Below are positions 10,465-23,199 of a DNA stretch of 64,000 nucleotides, piece by piece. The position numbers and the translations under genes are program-made. Every line of letters begins with the position of its first letter. The first letter of the stretch is position 1. Source of the stretch: Hyalangium versicolor (GTDB taxonomy: Bacteria > Myxococcota > Myxococcia > Myxococcales > Myxococcaceae); the NCBI RefSeq assembly GCF_020103695.1, contig NZ_JAHXBF010000014.1, positions 172,297 to 236,296 of the forward strand, given 5' to 3'. Below the pieces are notes generated by a model. It worked only from the letters and a program-made list of their open reading frames with translations, had not been told where the DNA came from and made no database searches.

Positions 10465-10971
10465 TCACCCCTGCTTCGCGGAGCTCGCGCCCTGTGGCTC
10501 TTCGGTCAGAGCGAGCGCCAGCTCATACACCTCATTCTTGTTGAAGGGCTTGCGGAGCTCCGTCAGCCGGTGCCCCTCGCCGAACTCCCGCCGCATGTCC
10601 TCCAGGGAGTAGTCCGAGAAGGCCGAGCACAAGACGACGGGCACCGTGGGAGAGACCTTCCGCAGGTGCCGCAGCGTCTCGAAACCATTCCACCCCGGGG
10701 GCATGCGGTAGTCCAGGAACACCAGCGCATAGGGCCGCCCCTCGGCCATCGCTTCCCGCACCTTGGCAACGCCATCCCGGCCTTGGAAGACCGTGTCCAC
10801 CTCGAAGATCTGGCTGGAGGTGCTGGAGCTCGGAGGCGTTACACCGAACAGCGCCTCCTCGAGCCGGGCGAGCTCCTCCCAATCCTGGGAGGGCCCCGGA
10901 CAGAGGATGCGCTTGAAGTCTTTGTGGATGTCCTCTGAGTCGTCGATGACCAGGATCCGGCGCTTAGACAT
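10465..10971 (-). CDS. stand-alone response regulator (receiver domain only, with an insertion)
   Basis: RILVIDDSEDI N-terminus, phospho-acceptor context ALVFLDYRMP and conserved K (LRKPF). About 30 aa extra between the acidic pocket and the acceptor Asp. Overlaps the kinase gene by 8 nt. Confidence 0.75.
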   Translation of the reverse strand: MSKRRILVIDDSEDIHKDFKRILCPGPSQDWEELARLEEALFGVTPPSSSTSSQIFEVDTVFQGRDGVAKVREAMAEGRPYALVFLDYRMPPGWNGFETLRHLRKVSPTVPVVLCSAFSDYSLEDMRREFGEGHRLTELRKPFNKNEVYELALALTEEPQGASSAKQG

Positions 10972-13234
10972 TCGGTCGCTCGCTCTGCTTCTCCGGGGTG
11001 ACGGGGAGCTCTAGCGTGAATGTCGCGCCCTTGCCTGGACCCTCGCTGTGCGCGACCAGGGAGCCCCCCAGCTCCTGAGCCGCCAGCGCGCTGGAGTGCA
11101 GGCCGAAGCCATGCCCCTCCTCGCGGGTGGTGAAACCGCGCTGGAAGATGCGCGTCAGCATCTCCGGCTCGATACCGATTCCATTGTCCCGCACCTCGAT
11201 CTGCACGCGCTCGTTGGACAGGGACCGGAGACTCACGGTCAGCCGCCGCTCTGCTTCCGGCAGCTCGTCCAACGCATACTTCGCATTGCTGATCAGATTG
11301 ACCAGAATCATCAGCACCTTGTGCTTCTCGGTCAGCACGGATGGAACGTCCCCCAGGTTCCTCTCCACCTTAACAGAGTGGCGCGTGAGTGCAGCCTGAT
11401 TGATGCGCACCGCATCCTCCACCAGCTCCGACAGCGTGGTGGGCTCCAGCAGGTGCAGCGGCATCCGCGCGAAGTTCTGCTGCAGCTTGACGATGGAGCC
11501 GATGTGCTCGGTGTGTCGACTGACGTCACTGAGCAGCGTCTGGATCTCCTGGCGCTCGGCCAGCATGTGCTTGCCGAGCCGGCGCAGGAAGGGCAGCGCG
11601 TTGCGCCCTCGCGGATCCTGGGTGAGGAAGCTCGCCAGGTCGCCCTGGTGCTGTTCGACCAGGTCCACCGTCCGCTCCACGTTGTCGATCTTCAGCGCGG
11701 CCAGCCGCTCCTGGGCCACCAGGGCGGAGGTGTGGACGCTGTTGAGCACGTTGCCGACGTTGTGCAACACGTTGGTGGCGATCTCGGCCCGGCCCACCTG
11801 CCGCGCCGTCTCCACGAGCTGCCGGTGGACCTCCGTGAGCTCCTGGGTGCGCTCCACCACGCGCTGCTCCAGGCCCTCGTTGGCCTGCAGCAGCTCTTCC
11901 TCTCGCCGCTGGACCTCCTGGGCCATCAACTGGAAGCCCTGGGCCAGCCGCCCCAGCTCGTCATCGCGCGAAGTCTCCAGCGAGACCTTGAAGTCTCCGG
12001 CCGCCACCTGGTCCGTGGCCTGGGTGAAGGCCTCCAGCGGGCGGGTGATCTGTTGCCTCAGCGCCCAGTACATCACCGCGAGTTCCACCAACAGGGACGC
12101 CAGGCCGAACATGAGGACATAGCGCGCCACGTGGAAGGCCGCCGAGGACACCACTCGTTCGGGCAACACCGTGACGAACTCCCACTCGGGGCCGTGCAGC
12201 CGCGCCGCCGCGAGGTACTCGCCATACTCCGGCAGGTGCACCCCGAGTTGCCCGCGCTTCAAGCCCTTCACTGCCTTGACGATGGCCTGCAGGTGCGCGC
12301 GGGCCTCCGCGGTGCCGCCTTCCTCGAAGACATCCTCCGGCTTCCGCGGGTCGTTCAGGATGTTGTACGGCTCCACCCCACTCTTCACCCGGAGCCCCGG
12401 GTGGGCGATGAGCAGACCGTCATCGCGGAAGAGCAGGTTGTAGCCCTCCGGCAGGTGGTCCAGGACGGTCCGGCGCATCAGCTCGTCCAGGAGCACGTCA
12501 TGGGAGACCGTCCCCACGTGACGCCCCTCCAGATCCACGGGCGTGACGACGGTGACCATCCAGGTGCGCGAGGGCACATCCTCGAAGATGCCGGTCCAGG
12601 CGGACTTCCGGCTCGAGTTGTTCTCGGGCAGACCCAAGGTGAAGTACTCGAGGTTCAGGATCGAGAAGCTGGGATCGAGATCCAGGAAGTACGTCGCCCC
12701 CTCCGGCCAGTACCCCACGACGACGCCCTCCGGGAGCATGATGCCGGTGTCCGTAAAGCGGACATGGAAGGCAGGGCCATACAGGGACACCGCCTCGTAC
12801 GCGGCCAGGAGCCGGCGGCGGAAGTCCGCATCGTCCCTCACGCCCCGAGGCACGAAGACGCCCGGCATCTTCGTGCCATCGAAGCCCTCGCGCTTGTTGC
12901 GGATCGTCCCATCCGCCTGGAGCGTGAAGAGGCTCTCGAAGAGCGGGTTGGGATCCTTCTCCCGCCAGGCCAGGATCCGCTCCTGGAAGGCCTTCGCGAC
13001 GAGCGCGTGGTCATCCTGCGCGAGCAGGAAGATGGCCTGCTCCCGCTGACTGCGCTCCGAGACGCCCCACTCCATCCGCGTGAGCGTCTCTGTGCGGATG
13101 GAGCGGAGGATGTGGAGGTAACTGACGAGGGTTGTAAGGGCGATGACCACCGCCACCCGCACGCCCATCTTGATGAGCGTGGATCGAGCCAGGGATGAGC
13201 GTGCGCGAGATGATGGGACTGGCGGGTTCGACAT
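10964..13234 (-). CDS. sensor histidine kinase with periplasmic Cache-like domain, HAMP, HisKA and HATPase
   Basis: TM1, a periplasmic region of about 300 aa, TM2, HAMP, coiled coil, H-box (ATNVLHNVGNVLNS), N-box (LISNAKYAL) and G-boxes (DNGIGI, GHGFGL). Confidence 0.85.
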   Translation of the reverse strand: MSNPPVPSSRARSSLARSTLIKMGVRVAVVIALTTLVSYLHILRSIRTETLTRMEWGVSERSQREQAIFLLAQDDHALVAKAFQERILAWREKDPNPLFESLFTLQADGTIRNKREGFDGTKMPGVFVPRGVRDDADFRRRLLAAYEAVSLYGPAFHVRFTDTGIMLPEGVVVGYWPEGATYFLDLDPSFSILNLEYFTLGLPENNSSRKSAWTGIFEDVPSRTWMVTVVTPVDLEGRHVGTVSHDVLLDELMRRTVLDHLPEGYNLLFRDDGLLIAHPGLRVKSGVEPYNILNDPRKPEDVFEEGGTAEARAHLQAIVKAVKGLKRGQLGVHLPEYGEYLAAARLHGPEWEFVTVLPERVVSSAAFHVARYVLMFGLASLLVELAVMYWALRQQITRPLEAFTQATDQVAAGDFKVSLETSRDDELGRLAQGFQLMAQEVQRREEELLQANEGLEQRVVERTQELTEVHRQLVETARQVGRAEIATNVLHNVGNVLNSVHTSALVAQERLAALKIDNVERTVDLVEQHQGDLASFLTQDPRGRNALPFLRRLGKHMLAERQEIQTLLSDVSRHTEHIGSIVKLQQNFARMPLHLLEPTTLSELVEDAVRINQAALTRHSVKVERNLGDVPSVLTEKHKVLMILVNLISNAKYALDELPEAERRLTVSLRSLSNERVQIEVRDNGIGIEPEMLTRIFQRGFTTREEGHGFGLHSSALAAQELGGSLVAHSEGPGKGATFTLELPVTPEKQSERPNV

Positions 13235-13240
13235 CGTGAG

Positions 13241-16036
<2,796 letters not shown>

Positions 16037-16138
16037 GCAGTCCCCACGCGAGGCGCGGCCTCGCCCGTGTCTGTTTCGCGACGAAGCGAACAGAGGGCCG
16101 ATCGTGCGCTCGGGCCCGACCGGAGTAAATGGGAACTG

Positions 16139-16230
16139 CTTGTCTTAAAATGTATCACTCAGGGGTCAGGCTCACCCCAGCACCCGATCGGATGCACAGG
16201 TCGTGAAGCACCCGGCGTGAGCCTGACCCA
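16139..16230. promoter_or_regulatory. AT-rich island plus perfect 13-bp inverted repeat in the GT2 / beta-propeller intergenic region
   Basis: ttgtcttaaaatgtatcac is locally AT-rich in a ~70% GC genome. GGGTCAGGCTCAC (about 16162) and its reverse complement GTGAGCCTGACCC (about 16218) flank a ~43-nt spacer. Confidence 0.3.
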
Positions 16231-16253
16231 CGCGCCTTCCTGGGCCTACATAC

Positions 16254-17432
16254 TCAGGACGCGCGCGCCGTGCGATCCCACGCCGCCTTCTGAGCGTTGC
16301 GCAGGAACCGCCAGAAACCCACGACGATGGCCAGGTTCATCGTCACGAAGTAGTAGGCCACCGAGGCGATCCTCCGGCCCGTGCCCTTGAGCACGCCCGC
16401 CTTCCCCAGATACGCGAGCGCGTAGAACATCACCTGGGTGAAGAGTGTGAGCCGGTAGAAGACGCTGTCGAGCAGGAAGAGGTTGGCCAGCAGCGCCGCC
16501 GCCATCAGCGCCGGAGCGCACCAGCGCAGCAGTTTGTGAGACCAGAAGGCGAAGGAGGCGAAGCCCGCCGTGGGCAGCAGCAGCCCCGGCACCATCTTCA
16601 GGCTCTGGAAGTTGCCCGCCGCGATGCGCGCGCGCCGACCGAACTCCTTGCCGTAATCCTCCGTCGTCTCCTCGTGTGCCACGGCCTGGGCCTCGTAGAC
16701 GACCTTGTAGCCCTGCTCGAGGATCCGCAGCGGGATCACGAAGTCATCCACGATGGTGGACGGCGGCAGTTGCGTGAAGAGCGTGCGGCGGATGGCGTAC
16801 AGCCCGCCGTTGGCCCCCACCACCGCGCCCCGCTTGCCCTCGTAGAGCTTGATGAGCGACTCGTAGTTCCAGTACGCGCTCTCCTCGTAGTCCTTCTTCG
16901 TCGGGTTGTAGAGCCGCAGCTTGCCGCAGACCGCGCCCACCTCCGGATCCTCGAAGTGGCGCACCAGCGCCTGGATGGCCTCGGGCTCGATGACCGTGTT
17001 CGCGTCCGAGAGGACGATGATGTCCCCCTTCGCCGCGGGGATGCAGCGGTTGAGCACCGTCGTCTTCCCCGCGCGAGGCGCCGGAGACAGCCGCACCCGC
17101 GAGTCCGTGCACGCACGGACGATCTCATCCGTCCCGTCCGTGGAGCCGTCCGAGCCGATCAGCACCTCGAAGCGGTCCGCCGGGTACTGCAGCGCCAGAC
17201 TGTTCTCCAGCTTCTGTCGGATGCAGCTCGCCTCGTTGTAGGCCGCCACCACCAGGCTCACCGACGGAGCAGGCCCCGCGCGCCGCTCCCGGCGTGGGCT
17301 CTCACCCTTCCGCATGGACCGGAACGTGTGAAAAACCTGCGCCACCCCGTCGATGGCGAACAGACACAGTGGGTAGAAAAAGTACGTGTGCAGCAGCAGT
17401 AGCGCCGCGCACCAGAAGAAGACCTCCGCCAT
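16254..17432 (-). CDS. family-2 glycosyltransferase (membrane-bound, polysaccharide-synthase-like)
   Basis: N-terminal TM helix, GT2 core (VVAAYNEASCI, GSDGSTDGT, IVLSDANT) and C-terminal TM helices. Confidence 0.8.
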   Translation of the reverse strand: MAEVFFWCAALLLLHTYFFYPLCLFAIDGVAQVFHTFRSMRKGESPRRERRAGPAPSVSLVVAAYNEASCIRQKLENSLALQYPADRFEVLIGSDGSTDGTDEIVRACTDSRVRLSPAPRAGKTTVLNRCIPAAKGDIIVLSDANTVIEPEAIQALVRHFEDPEVGAVCGKLRLYNPTKKDYEESAYWNYESLIKLYEGKRGAVVGANGGLYAIRRTLFTQLPPSTIVDDFVIPLRILEQGYKVVYEAQAVAHEETTEDYGKEFGRRARIAAGNFQSLKMVPGLLLPTAGFASFAFWSHKLLRWCAPALMAAALLANLFLLDSVFYRLTLFTQVMFYALAYLGKAGVLKGTGRRIASVAYYFVTMNLAIVVGFWRFLRNAQKAAWDRTARAS

Positions 17433-17601
17433 TACCCTCGCCTCCGCGTTCCCAATCTCCTCGAATCCCCAGAGGGGTCAGCAAGGGACGTGCCGGAGTG
17501 GCATGGGGGCTCTTCCCTCGGAGCAGGACCGTGACAGGTGCTCCCGAGCCGTATGACGCTGAACTTTCTCCAGCCTTGAGAGGAAGGAGGCTGAAAGCCT
17601 G

Positions 17602-19644
17602 TCAGGGGATGGAGGCGGTCGTGGGCGCCCACTTCTGGAGCTTCCGAGCAAGCGCGTGGTTCGGGTTGAGCACCAGCACCGCGTCGAGCAAGGACTGCGC
17701 CGTCGCCGGATCGTTCTGGCGCAACGCCAGGCGGGCGCCCAGCACGTAGGCTCGAAAGAACGCCGGATCCTTCGTGCGCAAGCTCGACAGATCCTCGGCC
17801 ACCGCGGCCAGCGCGGACGGAGGCGTGTTGGCATTGAGGCCATACTCGGCCAGCGCGAGGACGCTCCAGTGAGGATGGGACTCCACCTTCTTGAGCCGCT
17901 CGGCCAGCGCCACCGCCATGGGAGTACCGCTGACGGCCTCGGAGATCGCCTGGGCCTTCACCCTCGCCACCACGTCGGCCGACGGCTCGGTCTCGGGGGC
18001 GGCACGGATGACGATGAGAGCCCTGTCGAGCCGCGCCTTCAGCTCCGCGATCGTGGCAGTGAGGGAACGTCGCTGCTCACCGAGCGTGGTCTGCTCCTGC
18101 TTGCGCGCGGTGACCCGGCCGGACCAGTCGGCCGGGGTCTTCGAGAGCTCGAGTGCGGAGATCTCCTTCTGGAGACGGGCCTCCTGCTGGCGGACCCATT
18201 CGAAGTCGACCCTCACGTCATCGAGTTGCAGCGCGAGCGCCACGACGAGCTCGGCCTGGGCCTCGGTGAACTTCGGGTAGCGCTCCGCCAGAGTGCTCAG
18301 CTGCTGGATGGCTTGCTGCCGGGAGTCCATGTCGTCCCGCCGGAGCAGGTTCACCGCCTCGTCCTTCGCGGCGACGGCGTCCCCGGGTAGCTCCGCGCCC
18401 CGGTTGCGCCACACGGGGTACGACAGCCACGCCGTCAGTCCCAGTGCGACGAGGGCCGCCAGGATGATGAGGATCCGCTCCTTCCCACCGCCCGAGGACT
18501 CTTCGGAAGCGGGCCTTGCGCTGCTGGGACGCTCCGAGACGAGCACCTCGGGAGGCAGCTCCACCGCGGGGGCTCGACGCGAGGCCGCGATGGGTCCGCT
18601 TCGAGCGATCTCCGGCTCCGGCGGAATGAACGGGTGCTCGGGCTCCGGGAGGGGAACCGGCTCTTCGGGGAGCTCGACGGACGGTGCCGCCGTGGGCATG
18701 CCAACGGGACTCGTGATGGTCCGGGCGGGCTTCACCGCGGGCCCGGGCTCGGCCAGCCACGGCGCCGGGCTGCCTTCCGGGCTCGACGCTGGGGCGGTGG
18801 GCTCCATCGCCTTCCGAGCCTGCTGAACCTGCGCTGAACCGAAAACCTGGGTCGTGGCTGCCGAGGGCGCTTGTCCCGGGATGGAGGCGGCACCGAAGAC
18901 CTGGGTCGTGGTCGGTGGAGGAGCCTTGGCCGCCACGTCCGCCGCACCGAAGACCTGGGTGGTGGCCGTCGAGGGCTGCTGGGGAGGAATCGAGGCCGCG
19001 CCGAACACCTGCGTCGTGGTGGCTGGCGGCGCCTTCCCGAGCCCTGGCGGGGCACCGAAGACCTGGGTCGTGCTGGCCGACGGAGGAGGCAGAGGGGCTG
19101 GCGCACCGAAGACCTGGGTCGTGCTCGCCGAGGGAGGAGGCAGCGGAGCCGAGGGCGCACCAAACACCTGGGTCGTGCTGGGGATGGGCGCCTTCGCCGG
19201 GGCTGCGGGCGCGCCGAACACCTGCGTGGTGCTCAGGGAAGGCGCGGGAGCCCCAGGCGCCGCGAACAACTGGGTCTTGCTCCCCGGGGGGAGGTGCGTG
19301 CCCGCAGTCGATGAACCGGAGGCCGAAGTCCTGCTCGACGCTCTGTCCCCCGCCGCGCTGTCGGCTCCAGAGGGAGGCGGAGGAACCCCGAAGATTTGCG
19401 TCGTCTGGGTGTTGAGAGATCCCGGCTTCGAGCCACCCGGGCTGGGACTGCCGAAGATCCCCGTCTTCGTCCCCACGGAGGAGCGAGAGGGATTTGGACT
19501 CGAGCCTGGGATGAGGACCTCACCCGAAGGGGTGGCGGTGAAGACGCAGCGACAGCGTGTGCACTGGACCGATGCCCCCGCCGGCGGCAGCAGCCGGGGA
19601 TCGAGGTCGTACTGCATCGAGCACTGAGGGCAGGCGATCTGCAC
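17602..19644 (-). CDS. MJ0042-type zinc-ribbon protein with ~12 tandem Pro-rich 'TTQVFGAP' (FG-type) repeats, a TM helix and a C-terminal TPR-like domain
   Basis: N-terminus MQIACPQCSMQY...VQCTRCRCVF (C4 zinc ribbon). Residues ~50-290 are 15-16-aa repeats (TTQVFGAPxxPxxPPSAS). TM helix ILIILAALVALGLTAWLSY at about residue 390, then a ~270-aa helical/TPR-like region. Confidence 0.75.
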   Translation of the reverse strand: MQIACPQCSMQYDLDPRLLPPAGASVQCTRCRCVFTATPSGEVLIPGSSPNPSRSSVGTKTGIFGSPSPGGSKPGSLNTQTTQIFGVPPPPSGADSAAGDRASSRTSASGSSTAGTHLPPGSKTQLFAAPGAPAPSLSTTQVFGAPAAPAKAPIPSTTQVFGAPSAPLPPPSASTTQVFGAPAPLPPPSASTTQVFGAPPGLGKAPPATTTQVFGAASIPPQQPSTATTQVFGAADVAAKAPPPTTTQVFGAASIPGQAPSAATTQVFGSAQVQQARKAMEPTAPASSPEGSPAPWLAEPGPAVKPARTITSPVGMPTAAPSVELPEEPVPLPEPEHPFIPPEPEIARSGPIAASRRAPAVELPPEVLVSERPSSARPASEESSGGGKERILIILAALVALGLTAWLSYPVWRNRGAELPGDAVAAKDEAVNLLRRDDMDSRQQAIQQLSTLAERYPKFTEAQAELVVALALQLDDVRVDFEWVRQQEARLQKEISALELSKTPADWSGRVTARKQEQTTLGEQRRSLTATIAELKARLDRALIVIRAAPETEPSADVVARVKAQAISEAVSGTPMAVALAERLKKVESHPHWSVLALAEYGLNANTPPSALAAVAEDLSSLRTKDPAFFRAYVLGARLALRQNDPATAQSLLDAVLVLNPNHALARKLQKWAPTTASIP
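18770..19500. repeat. ~45-nt tandem DNA repeats encoding the FG-type repeats
   Basis: Recurring unit gcaccgaagacctgggtcgtg(g/c)t... visible on the plus strand about 12 times with small variations. Confidence 0.6.
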
Positions 19645-19680
19645 GCGAAGTGCTTACCACACGGAGTCGCTGGACGGGGC

Positions 19681-20079
19681 TCAACGTAGCTCGGTGGCTG
19701 CCTGGAGGGTCTCCAACTTGGCAGCGCCCACGCCGGAGACGGCATCCACCTCGGTCCAGTTGGAGAAGCGCCCCTGGGCGTCACGGGCCTCCACCAGCTT
19801 GCGCGCCAGCGAGCGCCCCACGCCGGGCAACCGAGCAAGCTCCTCCTCCGAGGCGGAGTTGAGGTCCAGCTTCAGCCCGAGCGCCAGGGCCTGGGCCCCC
19901 GTGGGAGGCGCCCCTTCGCCGCAGACGGCCACCCCGTCCCGGAAACGCACTGCGGCAGGAGCGCAGTCCAATGCGGGAGTGGGACTCGGCCAGCGCCACC
20001 GCGCGATGCCTCCGATGGCCATGAGTCCCAGGGTCGCGACGGCGAGCGAGCCCGTCCGGTTCATGACGCTGAAAGCCAA
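19681..20079 (-). CDS. comEA: ComEA-family helix-hairpin-helix DNA-binding protein
   Basis: N-terminal membrane anchor, then LDLNSASEEELARLPGVGRSLARKLVEARDAQGRFSNWTEVDAVSGVGAAKLETL, the ComEA tandem-HhH signature. Confidence 0.75.
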   Translation of the reverse strand: MAFSVMNRTGSLAVATLGLMAIGGIARWRWPSPTPALDCAPAAVRFRDGVAVCGEGAPPTGAQALALGLKLDLNSASEEELARLPGVGRSLARKLVEARDAQGRFSNWTEVDAVSGVGAAKLETLQAATELR

Positions 20080-20219
20080 AGTCCCTGCCCCCCCTGCCTG
20101 CTTGACGGGCGGACCCTATTGAGCGCATCCCTCCGTGTCAAAGCCATCGTGTTACACCGGAGGTGGCTGGCCGCGCGCCCGGACTGGGTTAGGGTGCGCG
20201 CCCTTTCGCTGGAGCCCTC

Positions 20220-21746
20220 ATGTCCCTGCCCCGCCTGCTCATCGATGGAGACACTCTCAAGCTGGAGGAGATCCTCCAGGTGGCCCGCCACGCCGTGACC
20301 GTGGAGTTGGCGCCCGAGGCCGCGGGCCGGGTCCACGCCTCGCGGGCCCTTGTCGACCGGGTGGCCGCGGGGGATGTGCCCTCGTACGGCATCAACACGG
20401 GGTTCGGCACGCTGGCCGAGGTCCGGATCGACAAGAAGGATCTGCGTGAGTTGCAGCGCAACTTGATCCTGTCGCACGCGGCGGGCGTGGGCTCGCCGCT
20501 GCCGTTGCCGGAGGCCCGAGCGCTCTTGCTGCTGCGGTGCAACGTGCTGGCCAAGGGTTACTCGGGGATCCGGCCGGAGACGCTGCAACTGGCGTTGGAC
20601 ATGCTGAACCGGGACGTGGTGCCAGTGGTGCCCGAGCGCGGGAGCGTGGGGGCGTCCGGAGATCTGGCGCCGCTGGCTCACCTGGCGCTGGTGTTCATCG
20701 GCGAGGGCGAAGCGTACTTCCAGGGCGAACGGCTCCCGGCTCGGCAGGCGCTGGAGCGTGCGGGGCTGCAACCGGTGGTGCTGGAGGCGAAGGAGGGCCT
20801 GGCGCTGGTGAACGGCACGCAGGCCATGTGCGCGGTGGGCACGCTGCTGCAACTGCGCGCCGAGATGCTGGCGGATCTGGCGGACCTGGCCGGGGCGATG
20901 ACGCTGGAGGGGCTGCTGGGGAGTCACAAGCCCTTCATCCCGGAAATCCACGACGTGCGTGCACACGCGGGCCAGAAGGCCTGCGCTGCCCACCTGCGGC
21001 AGCTGCTGGTGGGCAGCGAGTTGGTGGAGACGCACGTGAACTGCAGCAAGGTTCAGGATCCGTACAGCTTGCGGTGCATGCCGCAGGTGCACGGCGCGGC
21101 GCGAGAGGGTTTGGCGTTCGCGCGGCGGATCCTCGAGGTGGAGGTGAACAGCGCCACGGACAACCCGCTGGTGTTCGTGGACACGGAGCGGATCGTGTCG
21201 GGCGGTAACTTCCATGGTCAGCCGATATCGCTGGCGCTGGACGTGGCGGCCATGGCGCTGACGCAATTGTCGGCGATCAGCGAGCGCCGGGTGGAGCAGT
21301 TGGTGAACCCGTCGCTGTCGGGGCTGCCTCCGTTCCTGGCGAAGAATTCGGGGTTGAACTCGGGGTTCATGATCGCGCAGGTGACGAGCGCGGCGCTGGT
21401 GGCCGAGTCGCGGGTGCTGAGCCACCCGGCCTCGGTGGACTCGATCCCCTCGTCGGCGGGCCGTGAGGACCATGTGTCCATGGGGATGACGGCGGCGCTG
21501 AAGGGGCGGCAGGTGGCGGACTTCACGCGCTCGTGCCTGGCGATCGAGCTGCTGTGCGCGGCGCAGGCACTGGACTACCGGCAGCCGGTGAAGGCGGGCA
21601 AGGGTCCGCAGGCGGCGTACGAGTTGATCCGGCGCAAGGTGCCCACGATGGAGAAGGACCGCGAGCTCCACCGGGACATCGCAGCGGTGAGTGCACTGAT
21701 CGACTCGGGAGAACTGCTGGAAACAGTGCACTCCGCCACCGTGTGA
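20220..21746 (+). CDS. hutH: histidine ammonia-lyase
   Basis: 508 aa. The MIO-forming Ala-Ser-Gly triad lies in [17 protein letters not shown]. Overall HAL/PAL family pattern ([16 protein letters not shown]). Confidence 0.9.
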   Translation: MSLPRLLIDGDTLKLEEILQVARHAVTVELAPEAAGRVHASRALVDRVAAGDVPSYGINTGFGTLAEVRIDKKDLRELQRNLILSHAAGVGSPLPLPEARALLLLRCNVLAKGYSGIRPETLQLALDMLNRDVVPVVPERGSVGASGDLAPLAHLALVFIGEGEAYFQGERLPARQALERAGLQPVVLEAKEGLALVNGTQAMCAVGTLLQLRAEMLADLADLAGAMTLEGLLGSHKPFIPEIHDVRAHAGQKACAAHLRQLLVGSELVETHVNCSKVQDPYSLRCMPQVHGAAREGLAFARRILEVEVNSATDNPLVFVDTERIVSGGNFHGQPISLALDVAAMALTQLSAISERRVEQLVNPSLSGLPPFLAKNSGLNSGFMIAQVTSAALVAESRVLSHPASVDSIPSSAGREDHVSMGMTAALKGRQVADFTRSCLAIELLCAAQALDYRQPVKAGKGPQAAYELIRRKVPTMEKDRELHRDIAAVSALIDSGELLETVHSATV

Positions 21747-21776
21747 TGCCGAGTCCGCGCCCTGAGGCACGGACGC

Positions 21777-23189
21777 CTACTGCTTCACCACCCGCACCGG
21801 CCCGAACTGCTCGAGCTCCGCCTTCACCTTGTCGTCCCCGACGACGACGACCGTCTGTGACGACGAAGCGAAGAGCTTCTTCCCCGCTTCGCGAATCTGC
21901 GCGGACGTGACGGCGTTCACCTTTGGCACGTACTCGCCGAGGAACTCGGGCGGCAGCCCCTTGACCCAGTTGGTGGCCAGCACATACGCGACCGACCACT
22001 GCGATTGTGTGTTCAGCAGGTAGCGCCCGGTCGCCACCCGCTGCGCGGTCTGCAGATCCTCCGCGGTGACGTCCGTCGCCCCCATGCGATCCAACTCGTA
22101 GATGAGCTCCAGCAGCGTCGCGGCCGTCACCTCGTTGCGCACCTGCACATTGACCTGCAGGGCCCCGCCCTGCTGATACGACGACAGGTTCGACCAGGGC
22201 GAGTACGAGTAGCCCTTGTCCTCGCGGATGTTCTCCATCAGCCGGCCCGCGAAGCCGCCTCCAAAGACCGTGTTGGCCACCAGCGAGGGGAAGTAGGCCG
22301 GATCGGAGGCATGCACCCCCACCCGGCCAATCATGATGACCGACTGGACCGAGCCCGGACGCGAGACGAACAGGATCTCCCGCCCCTTGGGAGCAGGCAC
22401 CTGAGGCGTCGCAGCGGGTGCGGAGCCCGATCCCTTCCATCCGCCAAAGGACTTCGTCACCGCCTGGGAGACGGCCTCGGCGTCGAAGGCACCAGCAATC
22501 ACCAGCAGGGCGCCATCCGGGCGGAAGCGCCGCGAGAACTCCTTCTTCAGCACCTCCGGCGTGGCGCCACTGATCACCGCCGCGGTCGGCGAGACAACGT
22601 GGTACGGGTGCTTGCCGAACACCGCCTCGGCGAAGGTCTTCTGCGCCAGGAACTGCGGCTGCGAACTCTTCACCTGCAGATCCTGCAGCGCATTGGCCTT
22701 CGCGAGCGCCACCTCCTGCGCTGGGAACGAGGCATTGCGAGCGACATCCGCCACGACGGAGAGGACCGTGTCCGCCCCTGACGCCAGGCCATCGGCCTGA
22801 AGGTAGATCGCATCGTCCGCGGCCTCGACCTGGAGCGAGCCTCCCACGGCTTGCAATTCCTCGGCGATCTGGCGGCTCGTCCGGGTCGCAGTCCCCTCCG
22901 ACAGCGTGCTGGCCAGCAACGAGGTGAGCCCCTCCTTTCCCTTGGGATCGGCGGCCGTGCCGCCTCGCGCCGCGAGGATCACCGTTACCTTCGGGAAGCC
23001 CTCACGTGGCACGAGCCACACCGTCAGTCCCTCGGGTGTCGTGGACTTGAGGATCTTCGGCACCGGCAGCGGCTTATCCGCTCCGAAGGCAGGCAGCTCC
23101 TTCGGGAACGGCTTGCGCTCGGCCGCGAGCGCCGGCGCCACGGCCAGGGACAGGAACACAGTCAGCAGACGGGTCAGATGATGGTTCAT
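21777..23189 (-). CDS. M16-family (pitrilysin-like) peptidase, non-catalytic partner subunit
   Basis: Start at internal Met MNHHLTRLLTVFLSLAVAPALA (signal peptide). M16 fold-like sequence without an HxxEH motif. 10 nt downstream of the catalytic M16 gene. Confidence 0.75.
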   Translation of the reverse strand: MNHHLTRLLTVFLSLAVAPALAAERKPFPKELPAFGADKPLPVPKILKSTTPEGLTVWLVPREGFPKVTVILAARGGTAADPKGKEGLTSLLASTLSEGTATRTSRQIAEELQAVGGSLQVEAADDAIYLQADGLASGADTVLSVVADVARNASFPAQEVALAKANALQDLQVKSSQPQFLAQKTFAEAVFGKHPYHVVSPTAAVISGATPEVLKKEFSRRFRPDGALLVIAGAFDAEAVSQAVTKSFGGWKGSGSAPAATPQVPAPKGREILFVSRPGSVQSVIMIGRVGVHASDPAYFPSLVANTVFGGGFAGRLMENIREDKGYSYSPWSNLSSYQQGGALQVNVQVRNEVTAATLLELIYELDRMGATDVTAEDLQTAQRVATGRYLLNTQSQWSVAYVLATNWVKGLPPEFLGEYVPKVNAVTSAQIREAGKKLFASSSQTVVVVGDDKVKAELEQFGPVRVVKQ

Positions 23190-23199
23190 GGCGGGCTCC

